Assembly (NCBI GenBank): GCA_038749615.1
Contig: JBCDHV010000001.1
Span: forward strand, 1 to 35,657
DNA length: 35,657 nt
Source: Bacteroidota bacterium
GTDB lineage: Bacteria > Bacteroidota > Rhodothermia > Rhodothermales > DATKEJ01
Reading direction: 5' to 3'
Part shown: in pieces, positions 14,913-22,844 of the stretch
Layout: every line of letters starts with the position of its first letter
How positions within the stretch are numbered: position 1 is the stretch's first letter
Program-made: the position numbers and the translations under genes
The notes under the pieces: generated by a model
The model's database searches: none
The model's input: the letters and a program-made list of their open reading frames with translations, nothing else
What the model was told of the DNA's origin: nothing

Positions 14913-15148
14913 GTCAGTACCGCAACACGAAGCCGGCTCGCGAGCTGGCCGCCGGCGATCTGGTCTTCGTCCACGCCTGTGATTTGATCTCCGGCGTCAT
15001 CATGGAGATCGTCACGGTGGATAGCGACCCGCCGGCACCGAGCATCGCCAGCGTGGCGAGCGCGCGGGCGTTCTTGGTCAACATCGACGCAGACGCTGAG
15101 GTCGAACTCGTCGGCACCGTACGCGAAACGGAGGTGACGGATGGCTAA
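14909..15148 (+). CDS. Hypothetical early protein, 79 aa
   Basis: It starts at the junction 17-mer. The motif is ELAAGDLVFV. Confidence 0.6.
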   Translation: MSQYRNTKPARELAAGDLVFVHACDLISGVIMEIVTVDSDPPAPSIASVASARAFLVNIDADAEVELVGTVRETEVTDG

Positions 15149-16325
15149 CCTGAAAATGACGGTGGCCTACGGGGCCGACCGTATCCAGATCGAAGCCGAG
15201 TCCCTGGCGGAGTTGCTAGAACTCGCCGCCGGCATCGCTGAACTCAACGTCGATTACGAGTATCTGCTGGAGCGCGCGCACGGGCGCGTGGTGCCGGCCT
15301 ACCGGATCGACGACGAGGGCAACGACTACTTCGGCTTTCGCGATCTCGCCTCGGGGGCAAACCAGTCCTTTGGGCGCAAGCGCGAGAAAGGCTCGGCCGT
15401 TCCGTTCTTCCCGAAGCGAGCTGAAGGGTTTTGGGCTCCACAGGATTACGTAGAACCTCAGCCCACTGCGCTAACTGCAAGTCCTGCGCGGCCGGCTGAA
15501 CCTCGTGCGACCGCTCGCCGGCCACGTGTAGCCGCTGTGGCCGGCAATTCTGCCCCTGTTGGCGGCTATACGCCGGGCCAAGAGTCCGCACTCGCTCCGT
15601 GGCTGGTTGCGCGTACCAAGCTCCGCGAGCTCGGCGTACGCGACCCGCAATCGATTGCGGCTATGCGCATAGCCGAGGGTAACCCTCAGCTCACGTGGAA
15701 GCAGGCCACGCCGGCCACGCTCTCGCTCGTCGAGGGCATGGCCCGGAAGGCGAAGACCGACCGCGGATGGGACGCTGAGGCCTTCCTGCATTTCGCCTGC
15801 CAGTGGTGCGAGCGCGAAGGTGTCGTGCTCGACAAGGTGGCGCTCAAGGCCATCGCTGAGGCCTACGCGGAGACGCAGGGTGAACCAAAGAAGCCGACGG
15901 GCGGACCCGGCCGGCCGCTCACCTCAGAGGAGTCGCGCGAGCTCACAGGGCTGCTGAAGCAGCTCACGCACGAGGGGCTCCAGGACTTGCAGAACAAGGC
16001 CGGCTTCGTGGGTCTCTCGTTCTACACGCTGGAGGCCTTGATGCAGCGCCGGCTCTTGAACGGCCTGCGTGATCCGCTCGGCATTCGCAATGCGGACACG
16101 GCAGGCCTCGTCTCGTGGATCAACCGTGAGATCGCGAATTGCTCGCCAGCGCATCTGGATTTCGTGATGGGTGAGGCCAAGCAGAAGATCGAAGCGCTCG
16201 CGAGCGGTAACGACTTGAAGCGTGACGAGCTGATCGAGCATCTGAACGCCTGCATCGCCGAGCGAGGGGTCGGGTCGGAGACCCCGACCACTCCCACGCT
16301 AGGGTTGACCGGAGGTGAGAAATGA
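15141..16325 (+). CDS. Hypothetical early protein, 394 aa
   Basis: SD GGAGGTG lies upstream. It overlaps both neighbours. I recognised no motif. Confidence 0.7.
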   Translation: MANLKMTVAYGADRIQIEAESLAELLELAAGIAELNVDYEYLLERAHGRVVPAYRIDDEGNDYFGFRDLASGANQSFGRKREKGSAVPFFPKRAEGFWAPQDYVEPQPTALTASPARPAEPRATARRPRVAAVAGNSAPVGGYTPGQESALAPWLVARTKLRELGVRDPQSIAAMRIAEGNPQLTWKQATPATLSLVEGMARKAKTDRGWDAEAFLHFACQWCEREGVVLDKVALKAIAEAYAETQGEPKKPTGGPGRPLTSEESRELTGLLKQLTHEGLQDLQNKAGFVGLSFYTLEALMQRRLLNGLRDPLGIRNADTAGLVSWINREIANCSPAHLDFVMGEAKQKIEALASGNDLKRDELIEHLNACIAERGVGSETPTTPTLGLTGGEK

Positions 16326-17620
16326 GCCAGCGAGCGATGCTGAAGGCCCGCGATCTTGACATCCGCGTGCCGGCCGAAAAACTGACGTTGATGTGTCTAG
16401 CCGACCGCGCGCACGACGACGGCAGCGGGGCGTATCCGTCGCTCAAGCGGCTCGCCTACGAGACCGGAGCCGGCGTCGAAACCGTCCGCGGCTACCTCAA
16501 CAAGTACGAGGAGCTGGGCTGGATCACGTGCACGGCACCGGCCCGCAGAGGCCGCGGAAAGACGTACGCGTTCGACTGGGAGCAGTGCTCGTTCTTGCCC
16601 CCGTGGGAAGCGCTGGATGCCGGCGAGCGAGACGTCGCGCTCGGGCAGCGGAAGCGAAAACGGCCGTACCAGACGAGCCGAAAAAAGAGCGCGTCGCCGG
16701 TGGCGGAACCCTCCGAAAGACCCCCAGAATCTGGGGGTCAACAGGACGAGCGTACACCCCCAGGATCTGGGGGTCAAATTGAGGAATGGGGCCCAGATCC
16801 TGGGGGTCAACTGAGCGAAAGACCCCCAGATCCTGGGACAATGACCCCCAGATCCTGGGATCGCACCTCTTTAGAACAGTCCAAGAACTCTTCTTCATCA
16901 TCAGGTAGTGGTAGGCTAGAGAGCGAGCCGGCTCCGAAAAACGAGCCGTCAAACCCGGATTTGGCCGCTGCGCGGCGGGATGATGATGATGATGGAAAAA
17001 TTGATTTGAGTTGGCTTCCCCAGCACCTGCGCCATCACGGCTCGCAGCTCCGCGAGGAGATCACGACGCTCGGCCGGTCGGTGCTGGTGCCGGACCTCGC
17101 CGCTCGGGTGGTGACGCTGTGGGGGGCCGGCGAGCGCACGGCCAAATCCGTCAAGGGCTGGGTGGTCTCGAAACGCAAGGACTACCCAACGGCCTCGGTC
17201 TTGCTCGCGGCCATCGTGACCGCGGCCGAGGCGGACCAGCCGAACGCTCGGTACGCGAACAAGGTGCTCCGCCAACTCCCCCCTCTTGGGACGGTGCGCC
17301 GGATTCAGTCCAGCGCGGCGCGACAGGCCGATGAGACCTTCGCTCGGATGGAATCGCGGAACGGCTACGCTCGCCGGTACGGCGAACTCACCGCCGGCTG
17401 GTCGGACGAGGATTTCGATCGACTGCGGGAGGACGCGACGGCGGAGCTGCGTGCCACGCCGAGCGGATCGTTCCTGTGCCGGGAGGAGGAGGACGGGACG
17501 CTCGCCAAGATGCCGGGCTTTGATTCGGCGCTGCGGCAGATGATGCACACGCTCGTCGTCGAGACGGGATGGAGACCGACTGCGCCGGCCTCCGGAGAAG
17601 CCGGGGAGGTGCCGGCATGA
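16322..17620 (+). CDS. Replication initiator / replisome-organizer-like protein (N-terminal winged HTH)
   Basis: The N-terminal sequence LMCLADRAHDDGSGAYPSLKRLAYETGAGVETVRGYLNKYEELGWI is typical of phage replication HTH proteins. The gene contains the iteron array. The C-terminal part resembles a DnaD/DnaB_2-like domain (weak). Confidence 0.7.
   Translation: MSQRAMLKARDLDIRVPAEKLTLMCLADRAHDDGSGAYPSLKRLAYETGAGVETVRGYLNKYEELGWITCTAPARRGRGKTYAFDWEQCSFLPPWEALDAGERDVALGQRKRKRPYQTSRKKSASPVAEPSERPPESGGQQDERTPPGSGGQIEEWGPDPGGQLSERPPDPGTMTPRSWDRTSLEQSKNSSSSSGSGRLESEPAPKNEPSNPDLAAARRDDDDDGKIDLSWLPQHLRHHGSQLREEITTLGRSVLVPDLAARVVTLWGAGERTAKSVKGWVVSKRKDYPTASVLLAAIVTAAEADQPNARYANKVLRQLPPLGTVRRIQSSAARQADETFARMESRNGYARRYGELTAGWSDEDFDRLREDATAELRATPSGSFLCREEEDGTLAKMPGFDSALRQMMHTLVVETGWRPTAPASGEAGEVPA
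16719..16860. repeat. Iteron array: five copies of a palindromic ~20-bp unit (consensus about GACCCCCAGATCCTGGGGGTCAA), putative phage origin
   Basis: Copies lie at about 16719-16741, 16756-16777, 16790-16810, 16821-16838 and 16843-16860. Four of the five carry a central GATC. AT-richer stretches follow at 16861-16920 (about 45% GC) and 16975-17015. Confidence 0.7.
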
Positions 17621-17796
17621 GCAAGACGAAGACGTTCCAGGCAGACGCCGGCAAGCCTGGCGGTAATGGGCTGCGCCTCGTTGTCGAGACGGCTGAGGAC
17701 CCGACCGTCAGAGAGTTGCAGCGGAGCGGGTTGAGCCGGTGCCGGCGGCTGACTGAGCTAGCGAAGAAGAAAGCAAACGAGGGGGGAAAGCGATGA
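17617..17796 (+). CDS. Hypothetical protein, 59 aa
   Basis: It starts at the third copy of the junction 17-mer and has an ATGA overlap with the next gene. Confidence 0.5.
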   Translation: MSKTKTFQADAGKPGGNGLRLVVETAEDPTVRELQRSGLSRCRRLTELAKKKANEGGKR

Positions 17797-18062
17797 GCAC
17801 AGAAGAACTCATTCTGCGCGAACTCCGCTTTCTTCGCGGGGAGGTCCGCACCATGCAGGAGCGCCTCGGTCTTGCGCTGGTAGGGCCGGCGGAGGCTCGC
17901 AAGATCCTGGGTATTGGGCGCTCGACGCTCAGCGAATGGGTGCGCAAGGGGAAGCTGGAGGCCGTTCTCCAGAATGGCAAACGGATGTACCGGATGCAGG
18001 ATTTGGAGGAGGTGCGCAACACGAAGAACAAGCACCACCGAAGGAGCCGGAGGGTGCGGTAG
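17793..18062 (+). CDS. Excisionase/AlpA/MerR-type HTH DNA-binding protein
   Basis: The motif is EARKILGIGRSTLSEWVRKGKLEAV...YRMQDLEEV. Confidence 0.65.
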   Translation: MSTEELILRELRFLRGEVRTMQERLGLALVGPAEARKILGIGRSTLSEWVRKGKLEAVLQNGKRMYRMQDLEEVRNTKNKHHRRSRRVR

Positions 18063-18106
18063 GACCTGAATCGCCCTGATTGGCAGGGCATGACCACACA
18101 ACGACA

Positions 18107-18436
18107 ATGGCAGAACTCAGAAGCTTAGACGAGCCGGCGAAGCTGGACCGGTACCTCGAACTCAAGGCCGAGATCAAACGGCTGACTGCCGAACTCAAAG
18201 AGATCGAGCCGGAGATTCTTGACGCTCTGATGGCCGAGCCGGAGGAAGACGGCAAGCAGGCCGTCCGTCATCTCGGATGCGAAATCACGGTTCAGCGGCG
18301 GAAGTCGTACCGGTACAGCGAGGGGCTCGAAGAGATGATGGAAGACGTCAAGCTGCTCAAGGCGCGCGAACAGCGCGACGGGACGGCTGAGGTTGTCAAG
18401 GAAACGGCGTTCCTACGTGTCACCCAGGCTCGATGA
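18107..18436 (+). CDS. Hypothetical coiled-coil protein
   Basis: ORF 18080..18436; I prefer ATG 18107 over TTG 18080. A charged helical N-terminus is visible. Confidence 0.55.
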   Translation: MAELRSLDEPAKLDRYLELKAEIKRLTAELKEIEPEILDALMAEPEEDGKQAVRHLGCEITVQRRKSYRYSEGLEEMMEDVKLLKAREQRDGTAEVVKETAFLRVTQAR

Positions 18437-18558
18437 GAAGCATGCTCACACGCGAGCCGGCGGCCGTCAAGGTCGAGCCGGCGTCTCCTGGGTGTTTGGA
18501 GTTCGTGATCTTGGCTCTGGCCGCGGTGGACGTGGTGTTGCTGGAGGTGCTGGTATGA
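18433..18558 (+). CDS. Possible 41-aa hydrophobic micro-protein
   Basis: It is absent from the ORF track. My translation is MRSMLTREPAAVKVEPASPGCLEFVILALAAVDVVLLEVLV. ATGA overlaps link it to both neighbours. Confidence 0.35.
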   Translation: MRSMLTREPAAVKVEPASPGCLEFVILALAAVDVVLLEVLV

Positions 18559-19040
18559 ATGCTGGTGCCTCGATACGGGCTGCTACAGTCGCTCAATTGC
18601 TTGCCGGTTTGGCTGACCCAGTGCCGCACAGGCACATCCTCGAAGCCGAAGTAGCAGCTCCTGATCTTGCACGGTTGCTAGCCGGTCATTCCTCTCGTCT
18701 CGTGCACGAGCTGCACTGCCGGCGGCTGAAGGCCCTCGCCGAGTGGCATCATCTCGAAATTATGCGGCTGGCTAGGCTCGCACTGAGTCACTGCCGGCCG
18801 GGTGTGCTTCTCGTAGCGTGGCCGGCACTGCAAGAGGCTGGCACCTACGCCTTCGGGCAGCCGATCTACAGCATGGACGAACCACGCGAGACTAAGCTGG
18901 CCGTGGCCGCACTCGCACTCGCCGGCGTGGCTCATGTGCTGGCCTCCTCCGTCCACGATTACGAAACGCCAACACAGGATTCGACTGAGGCGTTTCTGAG
19001 TCCCTTATGGCCTGGCGTGCAAACCAGTCTATTCGCATGA
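18555..19040 (+). CDS. Hypothetical protein, 161 aa
   Basis: I use an internal ATG of ORF 18393..19040, preceded by GGAGGTG. Confidence 0.55.
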   Translation: MNAGASIRAATVAQLLAGLADPVPHRHILEAEVAAPDLARLLAGHSSRLVHELHCRRLKALAEWHHLEIMRLARLALSHCRPGVLLVAWPALQEAGTYAFGQPIYSMDEPRETKLAVAALALAGVAHVLASSVHDYETPTQDSTEAFLSPLWPGVQTSLFA

Positions 19041-19070
19041 CGGATAACGAACACCTAACGGAGACGACCC

Positions 19071-19340
19071 GTGATTCCTGATTCGATGAACCCTACTGAC
19101 AACGCTCCTGCATGGGATGACAGAGACCTCTCTGTCGAAATGACCGACGACGACCTCATCGTTGTGACGAATGTCGAAACGGGCGAGTCGGTTGAGATGC
19201 TGCCGGCTGAGTGGGTGCGCGAGTGGTCGAACGCTGTCGAAGTGGCCGCCACTTTGCTCGGCCTCGAAGCCGGCTTGTCCCCGCGTCAGTTCGTCACGGC
19301 CGTGGGCCGCAAGACGCGCTTGCCCCAAGACCCAGAGTAA
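19071..19340 (+). CDS. Hypothetical acidic protein, 89 aa
   Basis: The GTG start has GGAG about 10 nt upstream. ATG 19086 is an alternative start. Confidence 0.55.
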   Translation: MIPDSMNPTDNAPAWDDRDLSVEMTDDDLIVVTNVETGESVEMLPAEWVREWSNAVEVAATLLGLEAGLSPRQFVTAVGRKTRLPQDPE

Positions 19341-19385
19341 AATTATCCGCAATCTTGGCCGAAAGTGTCAACTTATCCGAATCCT

Positions 19386-19730
19386 ATGCACGCCAACGAA
19401 TACCAGCGGCTCGCTGCCCGCACGCTGATCGCCGAACCCGAGAACGAGCTGACCGGTCCTGAATCGATGGTGGTCTGGAACGCGCTCGGCTTAGCCGGCG
19501 AAGCGGGCGAAGTGGCTGACCTGATCAAGAAGGGCGTGTTTCACCAGCACGGGGTGAGCAGGGACACCATCCGTGACGAACTCGGCGACGTGCTGTGGTA
19601 CGTGGCCGCCCTGTGCACGAACCACGGCCTCACGCTCGAAGAGGTCATGGAAGCCAATGTCGAGAAGCTGAAGCAGAGATATCCCGAGGGCTACAGCAGC
19701 GAGCGCTCGATCAACCGGGAAAAACAATGA
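19386..19730 (+). CDS. MazG-like nucleoside triphosphate pyrophosphohydrolase
   Basis: Motifs are NEYQRLAARTL, GLAGEAGEVADLIKK and DELGDVLWYV. GTG 19365 is an alternative start. Confidence 0.85.
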   Translation: MHANEYQRLAARTLIAEPENELTGPESMVVWNALGLAGEAGEVADLIKKGVFHQHGVSRDTIRDELGDVLWYVAALCTNHGLTLEEVMEANVEKLKQRYPEGYSSERSINREKQ

Positions 19731-19945
19731 AAGGCGTCAACACGGAAACAGAGCACAAGGGGTGGGCTGGCGTAGTCGGTGGGCGTAAATACCACTACTT
19801 CGTCGACATGCGGTCGCTCTGTGGTCGTTACATGTTCTTCGGGCCGAGCGAGAACCTGGACGACAGCAAGCATCAGCATTCGGAAAACTGCGCGACGTGC
19901 AAGCGAAAGCGAAACAAGCTGTTTGGAGACGATGAGTCAGCTTGA
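19727..19945 (+). CDS. Small Cys-containing (possible zinc-binding) protein, 72 aa
   Basis: It has an ATGA overlap with the MazG gene. The motif is SLCGRY...ENCATCKRK. Confidence 0.5.
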   Translation: MKGVNTETEHKGWAGVVGGRKYHYFVDMRSLCGRYMFFGPSENLDDSKHQHSENCATCKRKRNKLFGDDESA

Positions 19946-20240
19946 CCTTTTCGACGCGCCTGTAGCGAGCCGTACTGGTGGTGTACCGGACATTTGCCGC
20001 AGTTGGCCGGTCATCTACGTCAGCCGGCATGAGCATGTGATTTTCCCAGCCACGCAGAGAGCCGAGATGCACGAGCATACAACGGTGCTGTACCTCACGC
20101 CGGCGGGCGTCATAAAGCTTGAGTGGTGGCGCGTAAGGCGAAGACAGGGGCCAGCGACGTCAGTCAAGACCTGGTACTTGCCGGCGGCGGCTTCGGCGTA
20201 CAGTAGTCGGTTCGCCGCCCGGACGGGAAATGCATCGTGA
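19932..20240 (+). CDS. Hypothetical protein, 102 aa
   Basis: I use an internal ATG of ORF 19779..20240, which overlaps the previous gene by 14 nt. Confidence 0.5.
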   Translation: MSQLDLFDAPVASRTGGVPDICRSWPVIYVSRHEHVIFPATQRAEMHEHTTVLYLTPAGVIKLEWWRVRRRQGPATSVKTWYLPAAASAYSSRFAARTGNAS

Positions 20241-20378
20241 GCACGAAGATGGTCACAGCGCTCGTCGTGACGGAGTCTGGAGAGCAGCTATAGGCGATGT
20301 GTCATCGCCAAGTGGCGCGTCGCCGGCTGCGGCTCAATAGCAAACTGAACAAATTGGCCGCTACTGGCGGCAGCTAAC

Positions 20379-20843
20379 ATGCCGATTCGCAACTACACCT
20401 CGAAGACCACAGCCGCCAGTAGCGCCGGCCAAATGCAGGACCTTCTCGGCCGTAACGGGGCGAGCCGGATCAGTCTGGATTACGAGGCTGGCCAGGTCGT
20501 CGCGGTCTCGTTCATGATGCGCATCCCTGGACCAAACGGAGTCGAGAGACCGACATGGTTTCGTATTGCGCCAGATCCTGCCGGCATGCTGAACGCGCTC
20601 AGAAAGGATCCAGGGGTGCCGGCGGGCAAGTGCACGATGTCTCAGGCCGAGCGGACCGCGTGGAAAAACAAACTCGACTGGCTGGACGCTCAACTGGCCG
20701 AGGTCGCAGCCGGCCAGGCGCGCATTGAGCAGCTTCTACTCGGCTACGTGCTCACCGACGACGGCCGGCCGGTCTACGAGCGCCTCGTTGAGACAAGGAC
20801 CATGTTCGGCGGAGATCATCCGCCAGTGTTGCCGGCGGGATGA
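20379..20843 (+). CDS. Hypothetical protein, 154 aa (last early-operon gene; position analogous to a late regulator)
   Basis: This is a clean ORF. I recognised no motif, and the functional hint comes from position only. Confidence 0.6.
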   Translation: MPIRNYTSKTTAASSAGQMQDLLGRNGASRISLDYEAGQVVAVSFMMRIPGPNGVERPTWFRIAPDPAGMLNALRKDPGVPAGKCTMSQAERTAWKNKLDWLDAQLAEVAAGQARIEQLLLGYVLTDDGRPVYERLVETRTMFGGDHPPVLPAG

Positions 20844-20849
20844 GATAGG

Positions 20850-21863
20850 TCAGCGCAGACCCGGAATTCCTATCGTGTACCTGCGCTCGCCTCTTCGCGT
20901 GTATACAATTACCGACGTAGTGAAAATGTAATTCGCGACCGCATCGCCGGAACCTCCCGAGAGGCGGCTCCGGCTCGATCTACGTGATTGTCTTGAGAAC
21001 TCGTAGATCGCCAGCGCGGATTCTCCAGCACCGATGTACGTGGGTGCTTCTGGCTGACCGAATCTGGTTCTGGCTAGTCCCGTGAGTGACTTGCATGAGT
21101 ACCCCCTCCCCTTATCGTCGGTGAGCTTGCATGTGTCGGTCAGGTGCTTCATTTCGATAGGTTCACGGCTGGTGTTCGTGATTCGTAAGGAAACCGTCAC
21201 TACTCCTTCGTTGTCACCTAGAGACAGGGCCTCAACCGTAAAGTGCCGATTGGAATACGTACGTCCTGTTCCTCCACTTCGGCCACTTCTGGACGACTCT
21301 ACGCGTGCCGGTCGCCCCATCAAATCGTCAATCTTCGGGTCGCGGGCCACGTTCACCTTCGCGGCAGTGAACACCATGGCCGTCGTTGTGCTCAACACGC
21401 TGGCGTTGATCTCGCTCTGACCGGAGGAAGGGAAGTACGTGACCTCCCCTAGCACTATCGCGTCTACGCCCAGAACCTTCTGCAGCTCGGCCACCGTGTT
21501 GTCGTCGAGGGCGCCCGATTGCCCGAGGTTCTGCTCTTGGAGCACCTGCTCAAGCCGCCGCCTTTCAACAAGGCTATAGTTGGCACCATCGGCGTTTACG
21601 AGCGCGGTGGCGAGGTTCTGCGAGACGTAATCGCCGAACGGGGTTACCCGGTCGGCTAGATCGTAGAAGTCGACGACGGCGATCTTGTCGACTCGTTGTA
21701 TCAAGAGCTGCTTGCTGAGGTCACTCGCAAGCACGGAGATGGCCTGGTCCAAGCTCGGGGCGCGCTTGGATTGCGCATCGACCAGGCCTACGAGCCACAG
21801 GCAGAGTGCGAAAGCGGTGCAGAGAAGTAGTGGGGTTCGGCTGGGAGGACGTAGGTGTATCAC
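20850..21863 (-). CDS. Secreted protein with FlgO/LpoB/CsgG-like N-terminal domain and beta-sandwich C-terminal domain (moron gene 2)
   Basis: The signal peptide is LLLCTAFALCLWLVGLVDAQ. The pattern KIAVVDFYDL...LVERRRLEQVLQEQNLGQSG...LGVDAIVLGEV is typical of FlgO/LpoB/CsgG-type periplasmic modules. The gene is antisense to the flanking phage genes and has lower GC. Confidence 0.75.
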   Translation of the reverse strand: MIHLRPPSRTPLLLCTAFALCLWLVGLVDAQSKRAPSLDQAISVLASDLSKQLLIQRVDKIAVVDFYDLADRVTPFGDYVSQNLATALVNADGANYSLVERRRLEQVLQEQNLGQSGALDDNTVAELQKVLGVDAIVLGEVTYFPSSGQSEINASVLSTTTAMVFTAAKVNVARDPKIDDLMGRPARVESSRSGRSGGTGRTYSNRHFTVEALSLGDNEGVVTVSLRITNTSREPIEMKHLTDTCKLTDDKGRGYSCKSLTGLARTRFGQPEAPTYIGAGESALAIYEFSRQSRRSSRSRLSGGSGDAVANYIFTTSVIVYTRRGERRYTIGIPGLR

Positions 21864-21866
21864 GAA

Positions 21867-22529
21867 TTACCTGAGTTCTTGTGCGAGATTGGCAGTGAGC
21901 TTATCGACTACATTCGTTTCCGCAGAGCCTGCAGAGAACCCTCCGCCTATCGTTCTGACGGAAACCGTGCGGCTCGACATGGACCTAGTATCCACGACTC
22001 GAACGGTCGCGACGGCTTCTCCTTTGTGCCAGTCCTCATGAGGGCCTGGATGCGGAGAGACGTTGACGCTGACGGTGCCTACGACGAGTTGGCGGACCAG
22101 CTCTCGCAAGTTCTCGTCGGCGACGACGCTCAAGTCTCCGTTGACAAGGCCTAGGGCCCCCGGGCTTCGTATGAAGCGTGCAGAGAAGAGGCCCTCGCTC
22201 CCTCCGAGTGCTGAAGCGAGTTGGCCGTTGGTTCCGGGGTGATATCTGCCATCGCGCATGACAAAAACGGCTGGACTCGCATAAGTGCGGCTCCTGTTCA
22301 CGAACCCCGAAGATTGAGGTAAAGAGGGGGGGGGATGTGGCGGTGAACTCTCACCCCCGTTTGGGGTCGGCTCGGTTGGCGGATTCCTGGCCGGATTGGG
22401 TTGCTGGGAGGTGTCAGCGTTGAGGTAATTGTTGAGCGTGATAACGCTGACGGCGAAGCCCAGCACGACGCAGAGCCTGACGAACCAGTCCCACAAACGA
22501 GGCCCCTCATGGGTATGGCGGTCGCTCAT
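21867..22529 (-). CDS. Membrane-anchored protein with Pro-rich linker (moron gene 1)
   Basis: The start is at MSDRHTHEG. The TM helix is WFVRLCVVLGFAVSVITL, followed by a P-rich spacer and a C-terminal globular part. Its stop lies 3 nt before the next gene. Confidence 0.65.
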   Translation of the reverse strand: MSDRHTHEGPRLWDWFVRLCVVLGFAVSVITLNNYLNADTSQQPNPARNPPTEPTPNGGESSPPHPPPSLPQSSGFVNRSRTYASPAVFVMRDGRYHPGTNGQLASALGGSEGLFSARFIRSPGALGLVNGDLSVVADENLRELVRQLVVGTVSVNVSPHPGPHEDWHKGEAVATVRVVDTRSMSSRTVSVRTIGGGFSAGSAETNVVDKLTANLAQELR

Positions 22530-22753
22530 GGCGGGGTGGGGTGGGTGACGGGTAGCGGGTGTGTCGAACGGCGGACACCTAACAACGATATACTCACCAA
22601 CATAACAGACTCGCAAGCCAGCCCGCACCTGTGGGGACTGAAACCGGCCCCTCACATCATGTTGCCGGCGCGAGATACGGGGTAGTTTTGTGACACATTT
22701 CCCCATGCCTCCCAGTTTGATGGTAGCTGGGAGTCAACCTTGCACCGAGGTAA

Positions 22754-22829
22754 GGGTCGCCGGCCCTTTGGGTCGCGCCTGTGTTCGGCGCTGGGAGAAC
22801 GTCGGCGACCCCGGGCTGGGGGGCAGCCC
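22754..22829 (+). promoter_or_regulatory. Nested GC-rich stem-loops upstream of the lysis cassette
   Basis: A 9-bp stem GGGTCGCCG (22754-22762) pairs with CGGCGACCC (22803-22811) and encloses GCGCC-N7-GGCGC (22775-22791). GGGCTG-N5-CAGCCC follows at 22813-22829, just before the amidase ATG at 22845. Confidence 0.35.
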
Positions 22830-22844
22830 CAATCTTCCTCGTTT

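Noticed and set aside
16719-16860. The repeat cluster considered as a CRISPR array
   Set aside because: The units are about 20 bp and internally palindromic, spacing is irregular and short (22-36 bp), the cluster lies inside a coding frame, and no cas genes are present. This fits iterons instead.
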